Origin: Azolla caroliniana
Lineage: Eukaryota > Plantae > Polypodiophyta
Direction: 5' to 3'
NCBI GenBank assembly: GCA_043228905.1
Contig: JBHGNT010000012.1
Span: forward strand, 16,430,001-16,494,000
DNA: 64,000 bases
Part shown: one piece after another, positions 1 through 9,200 of the stretch
Layout: each line of letters begins with the position of its first letter
How positions within the stretch are numbered: the stretch's first letter is position 1
Notes under the pieces: generated by a model
What the model was told of the DNA's origin: nothing
Database searches by the model: none
What the model saw: the letters and a program-made list of their open reading frames with translations, nothing else
Position numbers and translations under genes: made by a program

Positions 1-860
1 AAAACAACCAATTACGGGAAGAAGCGAAAAACCCGGAAGCAGCAATCGCGGGACTCCAGGCCTTATTGGAGAAGAAGAAAGCATGGTTCGACGAGCAGCT
101 GGTAGGGGAACATGAGAGAAGGCATCAACTTGAAATCCGTCTGAACAATGAAATGGGCAAGCTAGAGGAATTACATTCAAAGGAATCTCAGCTATGGGCG
201 GGAATGAGGAGCACTTATGATGAAGCGGCGACGGTTAATAAACAAGAAATTGACAACCTCAAGAAGACCGTAGAAGAAGCACGCAACCGTTGCCAAGCAA
301 TAACCGACAACGTGTGCATACTTCTTCAAACAAATCGGGAGAGGTTTATGGCACAATTAAAAGCGACGCTCGATAAAGGTTGGATGGTGTGGGCCACACA
401 AGCGGCAGAGTTGCATACATATCGGGCGGACTGGGAGAACCGAAGGAAAAGCGGCCGCGGGTTCTACAAGCTCAATGAGGAAAGCATTGCGGCAGTACGC
501 TAGGACCTAGCACAGGATTATCGCGTGCTAGTGGACCAACACTTCGAGGAACTCGTGCAACTACTAGACAATTTTGGTGAAAGTCAGGAGGACCTGTTTC
601 ACCAAATCACGCAAGCTGGTAGCACGCGAACCAACGAGGAATCCATCGTGATACCTATTGCGGATACTTCCAAACAAGAAGAACCTCAGCCCATGTCACC
701 GGAAAGAACCACTACGATGCACAGCACGGAACGGCAATCGGAGCCCCCCGCAATACCAGAAAGTGAAACTGCCGATCAAGAGGAACCCCAGCCTCACTCA
801 CTAGAGCGCACAACTACGGCCGACAACACGGAGGAGGTTATGGACGAGACAGGACCTTGA
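1..860 (+). pseudogene. Extra 3' ORF of element A: coiled-coil protein with acidic Pro/Glu/Thr-rich tail, interrupted by an in-frame TAG at 501-503
   Basis: ORFs 66-503 and 525-860 are in the same frame. Heptad-rich E/K/L/Q sequence. Homologous to the 3' ORF of element D (15118-16210). Confidence 0.7.
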
Positions 861-1213
861 CCTACCACCGCGAGCCCGCCAACGGAGGAACCGGCCACCA
901 TAGCACACGATGAGCCCGCAGAGCCCGGACCGCCCACACAAGAAGCCAGCGATGCCATAGGCAGCCCACCCGAGCAAGTAGGGGAACCACGTACCAACAC
1001 GCCTACGGACACTACGCCGTCCCCGGACCCGAACACTGGAGCAGAACAAAACATCCGGGCCATTTTGGAGGATGATTAAAGGGGTGGGTCCGACGTGCCA
1101 GGGCATTGTCCCACAGGCGTGCCAGGTGTTGTCTACCAGTAACCGACGGACAGGAGCGCAGAAATATAATATAGTAGAATTGTAATGCATGTTAACGGTT
1201 CACGCGGGAAGCG

Positions 1214-1660
1214 TGTTGTCTGCCGAAATAGTAACCGACAGACAAGAGCGCAGTAATATGAATAGAATAATATTGTAACGCATGTAACGGTTCACGCGGG
1301 AAGCGTGAACGGCTAAAAGACCCTACATATATAAAGGGCAGAAAACCTCTAATAGAGGTAACAGGTAATTAGAAGACTGGAAGGCCTTTTGATTGGAATA
1401 TAATACTATCTTCTCTAAGTTTTGGTCTCTGTTTGGTTTTCATTTACTGTTGTCTGCTCAATTTGTAAGTATCGTAGCCAAGCGTAACAGCGCACGCAGT
1501 GTGCGCACTAAGGAGTTGGTTGTAGCCATCCCTTCCCCTTACGTTGTAGGATACGCTGGGATATCTGCTTATGACCTACGATTACCATTCCGCGCAACGC
1601 AATCACCTTGGTGTCTACCTCGAAGGACTAAGTGTAGACAAGTGTTCCTAATCGGTAACA
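1214..1660 (+). repeat. 5' LTR of element B
   Basis: TGTTGTC...GGTAACA; direct repeat of 3193-3639; TATA-like ATATATAAAG near 1328. Confidence 0.9.
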
Positions 1661-1664
1661 CGTT

Positions 1665-1678
1665 TGGCACGCTTGGTG
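1665..1678 (+). promoter_or_regulatory. Primer binding site of element B (tRNA-Arg type)
   Basis: TGGCACGCTTGGTG, 4 nt after the LTR. Resembles the TGGCACGCCCGGTGGGA tRNA-Arg PBS of Tat-type elements (recalled). Element D has TGGCACGCCC at 13504. Confidence 0.75.
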
Positions 1679-1849
1679 ATCTGTATCTTCGCACAGACGA
1701 ACAACGACAGTTGTATGGTTAACCGTAGACGGACTAGAGAACCGACATGACCCAACAGACCGATCACAAGGTCCATCACACGACTCGCAAAGGAGCACGC
1801 AAAGCAGAAGCCTCGTCTTAGTGCTTTCGGCCAGGAGCACAAGCCTAAC

Positions 1850-2700
1850 ATGCACCGCAACGACACGTACGAGGTGTCGTTACCACATACATCTCGTGGT
1901 CTTTCCCTCCCCGCAGGAACATCCACCATGGCTTTCTCCTACCCCCGCTTCAACAGCGAAACCGACGCCGCAACTCATGTTTGCCTGTTCATGAATGTCT
2001 GGAATGTGAACCATATAGTGCAACGCCTTCCGGAAGAGGAAGCACACCAGTCGAAAATGATGGAGTTTGGGTTAACCCTGGATGACAGAGCTGTGTTTTG
2101 GTACTCGTAGATGGATCTGCCAGAAATCAAAACTTTCGACGAACTTCAATCGAACTTTCTACGATTCTTTCATAGGAAAGTCCCGCAACATGTGATTATT
2201 GGGCAGTTCTATACGATCAAACAATTGCCATCTGAGTCTATCGTTGACTTTAGCTTACGCTTCCAAAATCTAAGGCAAAAATTAGAAAGAGTCCCAATAG
2301 AGGATGAGGCTCGCGAAACATTTCTCACAGCCTTGCGGCGGCCTATACAGACTACCCTTAACAACAAAAGTGTGAAAGGAGAGACAACGGATATGGTCAT
2401 AGAGCAAGCATTACAACTTGAGCTCGATGAAGAGGAAGAAGCCTTTTCTATGTCCTCATTACGGCAAGCGTTACCTCAGGACGAGGAACGTCATTTCCGA
2501 CAAGCGATTCAATGTACCATTTGTCTCAATTCTGGGCACTCCGCGGTGGATTGTAACATGCGGATATACTGCCCAATATGTCACTCGAAAGCCCATACCG
2601 TGGAGCAGTGCAAATATAATATGCTTAACAGACCTACGCCAGCAATAGGAAGCGTAGACACACAGCGTCCTCTACGCCGTAATGACCAGCGACACCAATT
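1850..2700 (+). pseudogene. gag: Gag of element B (Retrotrans_gag domain and two CCHC zinc knuckles), with in-frame stop at 2108-2110
   Basis: FGLTLDDRAVFWY...FDELQSNFLRFF...QFYTIKQLPSESIVDFSLRF; CTICLNSGHSAVDC and CPICHSKAHTVEQC. Confidence 0.85.
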
Positions 2701-3192
2701 CCAGATATTGCCGAACAAGAGGAACCTCCGGCCATGTCACCAGAAATTACCACTACGGTGAACAGCGCAGAATGGCGAGCGGAGTCCCCCGCAATACCAG
2801 ACGGCGAAACCACCGCCCAAGAGGAACCCCATCCACTAGAGCATACGCTTACAGCCGACCGCACGGAGAATGTTCTGGACCAAGAGGAACCACAATCCCA
2901 CTCCCCAGAGCATACAACGACGGCCGACATCACAGAAGAAGTGACGGACAAAACAAAGCCGCGACCTAGCCCAAGAAGAGCCCACAGAACCCGGACCGCC
3001 CACACAAGACGACCCCGGTACCATGAGAAGCCCTCCCGACCAAGCAGGGGAACTACACAACAACGTGCCTACAGGCCCCACGCCGTCCCCGAACATGGAC
3101 ACCGTAGCAGAACCAAACATCAGGGCCATTTTGGAAGAAGATTAAAGGGATGGGTCCGACGTGCCATGGCACTATCCCACATGCGTGCCAGG

Positions 3193-3639
3193 TGTTGTCC
3201 GCCGGAATAGTAACCGACGGACTAGAGCATAGTAATATGAATAGAATAATATTGTAATGCATGTAACGGTTCGCGCGGGAAGCGTGAACGGCTAAAAGAC
3301 CTTGCATATATAAAGGGTAGAAAACCTCTAATAGAGGTAGCGGGTAATTAGAAGAGTGGAAGGCCTTTTGATTGGAATATAATACTATCTTCTCTGAGTT
3401 TTGGTGTCTGTTTGGTTTTCATTTACTGTTGTCTGCTCAATTTGTAAGTATCGTAGCCAAGCGTAACGGAGCACGCAGTGTGCACACTAAGGAGTTGGTT
3501 GTAGCCATCCCTTCCCCTTACACTATAGGATACGCTGGGATATCCGCTTACGACCTACGATTACCATTCCGCGCAACACAATCACCTTGGTGTCTACCTT
3601 CAAGGACTGAGTGTAGACAAGTGTTCCTAATCAGTAACA
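3193..3639 (+). repeat. 3' LTR of element B
   Basis: Direct repeat of 1214-1660, followed by TSD AAGCG. Confidence 0.9.
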
Positions 3640-4551
3640 AAGCGTGAACGGCTAAAAAGACCCTATGTATATAAAGGGCAGAAATCCTCTGATGAAGGTA
3701 GTGTGAAATTTTGAATGTAAGAGGTGTATCTTAATAGAGTTCTATCTTCTCTAATATCTGTGTGTATCTGTGGTTAATCTACTATGTGTCTGTGATCCTT
3801 GGTGGCGTAGTGTAGTCGTAAGAGCATAGGCATGAGTAACAGTGTGGTTACTAGTCCATTGTCTATGGAGTTCGGTTGTAGCCGTCTCCCATATACGCTA
3901 CAAGGTTACAGGAGGTATCCCACTAAGTATTACGTTACGACGATACCATTCGTTGCAACATAGTCACTTTGAGGTCTAGGTCGAAGGACTGACCATAGAC
4001 CGTGTTCCTAATCGGTAATAGTTATAGAGGTGTGGAGGTTCCTAGGCACGTGCGTGTTCTACCATATCGGGATTCTGCATTACACACACGTCGCAGAGCC
4101 GCTTTATGGGTTTCTGAAAAAGGGACGTAAATTTGAGTGGGGCGACGAGCAAGCAGAGTTGGTTCGAAGACTGAAGGAGGCACTGACCGTAGTACCAGCA
4201 CTCCGGAAAGCGGTTTACGGCAAGGATGTCCCAATTTACATTACGGTAGACACAAGCCCGACCGGGATAGGGTGGGTGGTCAACCAGGAGAATGAAACCG
4301 GCCCGAAGTTCCCCATCCGGTTCGGAGCGCAGGTGCTGAGTGAGTGACAGCGAGGATACGCCCAAGTTAAATGCAAACTCTGGGGTGTCGTTTCGGCAGT
4401 CAAGGACGATAAAGACTACTTGGTCAGGACAGAGGTGATAATCGAGACGGACTGCCTACCGATCCTTGGTATGGTTTTCGGATGTGCGACGCCGAACCTC
4501 GCAATGCTCAAGTGGATCGCGTACATTAAGTCTCTGAACCCGGAGATATGG

Positions 4552-4960
4552 TGTCATGAACACATGACCATTATGGCGTCACCTGGACTTGAACCTCGAA
4601 CCTTGTAATTCATACTTGAAAACCTCAACCATTAAGATAGCTTATTGTTATATGAAACAATAAAAACTACTTCTTGTATTACATTGATTATTGTAAAAAC
4701 TCTAGATTATTCTAGAATGTTCTAGAATGTCCTAGAGCATTCTAGGTCTAGAACATTCTAGAACATTCTAGAAATCTCTAAGCTATTCTATAGGAACCTA
4801 TAAATAAGCGCATACATGTATTCTCAAATCAATTCGAATCAACACCAATCTTTAGCTCTCATTACATATCTTGTATCCATTCTCTTTCTTTCTCTATCTT
4901 ATACATCCATTCTTCTCTATCCTTCTTCCATCACTCTATCTTTTATCCTTGGTTCTGACA
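4552..4960 (+). repeat. 5' LTR of G
   Basis: TGTCA...TGACA; TATA box TATAAATA near 4799. Confidence 0.95.
4710..4773. promoter_or_regulatory. Heat-shock element array in U3 of the G LTR (also 10736-10799)
   Basis: Alternating nTTCn/nGAAn pentamers: TTCtaGAAtgTTCtaGAA and GAAcaTTCtaGAAcaTTCtaGAA, ending about 25 bp upstream of the TATA box. Confidence 0.7.
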
Positions 4961-4969
4961 GTTTGATTC

Positions 4970-4973
<4 letters not shown>

Positions 4974-5048
<75 letters not shown>
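4974..5048 (+). repeat. (CT)n microsatellite in the 5' leader of G
   Basis: Pure CT dinucleotide run. Confidence 0.95.
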
Positions 5049-5051
<3 letters not shown>

Positions 5052-5076
5052 CCTCCTTTGTAACCATCCTGAAACC

Positions 5077-6240
5077 ATGGCTGCCATTAACTCAGAAGAA
5101 TATCTCACCCTTGTTACAAAAATGGAGAACCTTAAATCCAAGTTCGCATCTCTTGAAGTAGAGAATCAACGTCTACTTGGGGATCTACAAAAGGTTACTA
5201 TAGAGAAGCAACAACAACAAGAGGAGTTCACGCGACGAGTGCAACAGTTAGAGTCGACAATCGTCGTGTTACAACAACAAAGGGTTGAAGGTCAAGGACT
5301 TATCAAGGAGCCCAAAATTAGCCTCCCAGCTAAATTTGATGGGTCAAGGGCGCATTTCCGAGGTTTTTTGAATCAAGTACGGTTGGTGATTCAAATGCAT
5401 CCCGCACGTTATCCAACAGATGCATCACGAGTCGGGCTAGTGGGCACTTTATTGACTAGCATAGCGTTGTCGTGGTTTGCTCCATTGCTAGAGACCAATT
5501 CTCCTCTACTGAATAATTTCGAGGAATTTATCAAGGAATTTAAGGCTTGTTTCGGAGATACTGATGGGGCGAGAACAGCTATCAACAAGATTCGTACACT
5601 TCGTCAAGGTGATCAACCAGCTTCAACATATGCTGCCAATTTCCGTCTCATCACAAGCGATATTCCTTGGGATGAACAAGCCCTAATGGAGCAATTCCGT
5701 TCAGGCCTTCGTAGTGATGTCAAAGACTTACTTCTTACCTTCCCCGAGGATCCAAGGTCACTTACAGAAGCTATTAGTCGAGCAATACGGTGTGATAATC
5801 GCCTTTTTGAGCGTCGATGTGAGCGACAACAACAAATAACAAGATCTAGATTCACACCAACTTATGCATCAGTAACGGCGCAATCATCCCCAAGGCAAAT
5901 GTATAGCCCTGCTCCAACTCCAAGGCAAACATGTAGTCCAGTCCCAATGGATAGTCCTACACCCATGGAGATCGATATGACTCAACGACGAGGACCGTTG
6001 TCAGACGAAGAGAAGCAACGTCGTCGAGCAAACCATCTGTACTTATATTGTGGAGGTCCAGGACATATAGCCATTCATTGCTCCCGTAGGCCGAGACGTC
6101 AGGTAAATCAAATTCACTATGACAATAAAAATGAGTCCAACATTTTAGAAGTAGTTAGTGAATCTAATCTTATGAATAATCCACCCTTGTCCAATAAATT
6201 TGAAGTCCTAAGCCAATTAGAAGAGGAGTCAAACGAATAA
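5077..6240 (+). CDS. gag: Gag of chromovirus G (PEG10/Tcn1-like capsid with degenerate CCHC)
   Basis: Intact ORF from MAAINSEEY; EPKISLPAKFDG, LRQGDQPASTYAANF, PTPMEID, YLYCGGPGHIAIHC. Confidence 0.9.
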   Translation: MAAINSEEYLTLVTKMENLKSKFASLEVENQRLLGDLQKVTIEKQQQQEEFTRRVQQLESTIVVLQQQRVEGQGLIKEPKISLPAKFDGSRAHFRGFLNQVRLVIQMHPARYPTDASRVGLVGTLLTSIALSWFAPLLETNSPLLNNFEEFIKEFKACFGDTDGARTAINKIRTLRQGDQPASTYAANFRLITSDIPWDEQALMEQFRSGLRSDVKDLLLTFPEDPRSLTEAISRAIRCDNRLFERRCERQQQITRSRFTPTYASVTAQSSPRQMYSPAPTPRQTCSPVPMDSPTPMEIDMTQRRGPLSDEEKQRRRANHLYLYCGGPGHIAIHCSRRPRRQVNQIHYDNKNESNILEVVSESNLMNNPPLSNKFEVLSQLEEESNE

Positions 6241-9200
6241 GTCCGGCCAAAATAGGAGCCATTTGGTTGGACAACCCTAGATATGTACAACCTAGTGTGG
6301 GTTCCATTTCTTCCAAGCATGTTAGTAGAGTCTTCTCAGCCCTAGTACAAGTTAGGACACCCAGTTGTCAACTTCAAGTCCAAGCCCTCTTAGATACTGG
6401 AGCCAATTCTTGTTTCATGGATAGAGATTTTGCCCAAAAACACCAAATATCCTTGCATACACTTCCTTGTCCAGTTTCCGTAGTAGTGATTGATGGATGC
6501 CCCATAGCTTCCGGGAAGATATTTGAAGAGTCTGAACCAATACACATACTCTTGGGTGATTTAGGATGTGTAGTTTCCTTTAACATAATCCGTAGTCCTC
6601 AGCATCCAATTGTCCTCGGTTTGCCATGGTTCGAGCTACATAACCCTAGAATCGATTGGAGGAAGCGAGAAATTAGGTGCCCTTTAGCAGAAAATATCAT
6701 TGTCAAGGATCGAACTCGGGATTATCCTCCCAAAGTATATAGTTCTACCGATGCACCATATCCTTCTCATCAAATTTCAGCCATCACATTGCAACAATTG
6801 CACCAAGTGGGAGGCAAGGAGGACCTTTTCTTATTTGCAGTATCAGTGACACCTTCTAGTGTCACTCAAGGGAATTCAGACATCCAAATTCCCAAAAAAT
6901 ATCAAGACTATGCTGATGTTTTCGACAAAGTCAAAGCTAGTGTTCTTCCAAAGCATCGGTCGTACGACTGTCCTATTGATCTCCAACCAGGAAAAGAGCC
7001 TCCGTGGGGTTCGATTTACAATTTATCACCCACTGAGCTTGAGGTTCTTCGAGAATACATCGAGGAAAATCTTGCACATGGGTTTATTCGACATTCAAAG
7101 TCTCCAGCTGGTGCTCCTATCTTTTTTGTGAAGAAAAAGGATGGCTCCCTTCATTTGGTTGTGGACTATCGAGGCTTAAATAAAGTCACCATAAGGAATA
7201 GGTATGCTTTACCTTTAATCTCCAATCTCTTAGAACGCATTGGTGGGGCAAAGCATTTTACCAAAATTGATCTAAGGGGTGCATATAATCTTGTTCGAAT
7301 TCGGCCAGGAGATGAGTGGAAAACAACATTTCGTACTCGGTATGGTCATTTCGAGTATACAGTCATGCCTTTCGGGCTCACAAATGCACCTGCCGTATTC
7401 CAACATATGGCAAATGACATCTTCCGGGATTTCTTGGATATTTTTCTAATCATCTACCTAGATGATCTATTGATTTACTCTAAAACACAGGGGGAGCATG
7501 ATATACATGTGTGGCAAGTACTTGAACGCCTAAGGAAGTATGGTCTTTACGCCAAACTTGAGAAATGCAGTTTTGATTGCAAACAAGTCGAATTTTTGGG
7601 ATACACTATTTCATCCCAGGGTGTTTTCATGGACCTGGCAAAAGTCCAAACAATATTGGAATGGAAACCCCCATGCTCAGTTCGGGATGTCCAGTGTTTC
7701 CTCGGATTTGCGAACTTCTATCGCAAATTCATACATAATTATTCAAGCATTGTGTTGCCCCTTACTCAACTCACCAAGAAAAATCAAGCATTTTTTTGGA
7801 GTATCGAAGTGGACAAGGCTTTTACGCAGCTAAAAGAGGCATTCACATCAGCACCCATCCTAGCACATATTGATCCTGAAAAGCCATTTACTATTGAGGC
7901 GGATGCATCAGACTTTGCATTGGGGAGTATCCTATCGCAACCAGGCGAGGACGGGCAGATACATCCAGTCGCGTTTCACTCGAGAAAGTTTATTGTTTCG
8001 GAGATAAACTATGAGGTGCATGACAAGGAGTTACTAGCTGTGGTCGACTCATTCGAGCAATGGCGTCATTTTTCTAGAAGGATCACCTCATCATATTATC
8101 ATTTATAGTGATCACAAAAATCTCACATATTTTCAAACAGCTCGAGTATTAAATAGACGACAAGCTCGGTGGGCCCAATTTCTAACGCGTTTCGATTTCA
8201 AGATCATTTTTCGCCCTGGAAAACAACAAGGGAAAGCAGATGCTCTGTCTCGGCGTTCGTATCTAGCACTTCGACCTGGAGATCCGGCCTTTGACAATCA
8301 AAAGCAAACTCTCCTCGGGCCATCAAAGCTACAAGTAACAACAATTTATGCCACACCACTTGATTCTCCTTCTTGACACTATTCGGCAACAACTTCATTC
8401 GGATGATTTTGCTAAGGATGTCTTAGCCCACTGTGGTTCAAGTCGTCCATCTTGCTCCACATTGCCAGGGTCATCTCAACATTATAAGGACTTCAAGTGG
8501 CAAGATGGTTTACTCTTCTACAAGAATCTCCTTTACGTCCCCGACGGATCACCCCGACTTCAAGTGTTGGAACATTGTCATGATGCCCCCATGGCTAGAC
8601 ATTTTGGTATTTCCAAGACCATTGAGCTGGTGAAACGTTCGTTTTGGTGGCCTCACTTGCAAAAATTTGTCGAAGATTATGTTCGCACTTGTGACACCTG
8701 CTGTCGCGCCAAAATACCCCGGCATCACCCTTATGGCTTACTACAACCATTACCCCCTCCCAACAAGCCATGGCAGTCTATTTCTATGGATTTCATTACG
8801 GATCTGCCACCTTCCAAAGGCTTTGATACTATTTTAACAGTAGTGGATCGGTTCACCAAGATGGCACATTTTGTACCATGTGTAAAGACCATCAATAGTG
8901 AAGAAACTGCAGATCTCATTATGCGTGAAGTGTTTCGCCATCATGGTCTCCCGAATGATATTATTAGCGATCGAGGTCCTCAATTTATCTCACACTTTTG
9001 GAAGCACCTATGGGCAGGCCTCAAAATCTCTTGCAAACTCTCTTCGGCTTATCATCCACAAACTGACGGACAAACAGAGCGCACAAATCAAACGCTCGAG
9101 CAATATCTTCGATGTTTCATTAGTTATCAACAAGATGATTGGAGTAAAATTTTACATCTTGCTGAGTTTGCATACAACAACACGGTCCACTCTTCTACCA

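Larger units (their letters stand above)
1214..3639 (+). mobile_element. Element B: complete-ended non-autonomous Gypsy derivative (LTR-PBS-gag-deletion-3' ORF tail-LTR) nested in the LTR of A
   Basis: 447-bp LTRs at 1214-1660 and 3193-3639 (TG...CA); TSD AAGCG at 1209-1213 and 3640-3644; no pol. Confidence 0.9.
1..4020 (+). mobile_element. Element A: 3' portion of a non-chromovirus Ty3/Gypsy LTR retrotransposon (3' extra ORF plus 3' LTR split by element B); itself inserted in pol of element C
   Basis: LTR starts TGTTGTC at 1127, is interrupted at 1213, resumes at 3645 and ends ...TAATCGGTAATA at 4020. It is homologous to the B LTRs. Gypsy pol of C resumes at 4021. The 5' part lies outside the window. 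Confidence 0.8.

Noticed and set aside
1393-1722. Duplicated small ORFs (also 3372-3647 and 10842-11201)
   Set aside because: Incidental ORFs inside LTR copies.
1127-3639. Tandem array of elements sharing an LTR
   Set aside because: The AAGCG TSD and resumption of A's LTR at 3645 show a nested insertion, not a tandem.
4574-4645. Functional tRNA gene
   Set aside because: Acceptor, anticodon and T stems do not pair properly; only the boxes and spacing remain.
4816-5076. Hydrophobic N-terminal extension (SLSLSL) of the 474-aa ORF as a signal or membrane segment
   Set aside because: It is read-through of LTR U5 and the (CT)n microsatellite; homology with F gag puts the start at ATG 5077.
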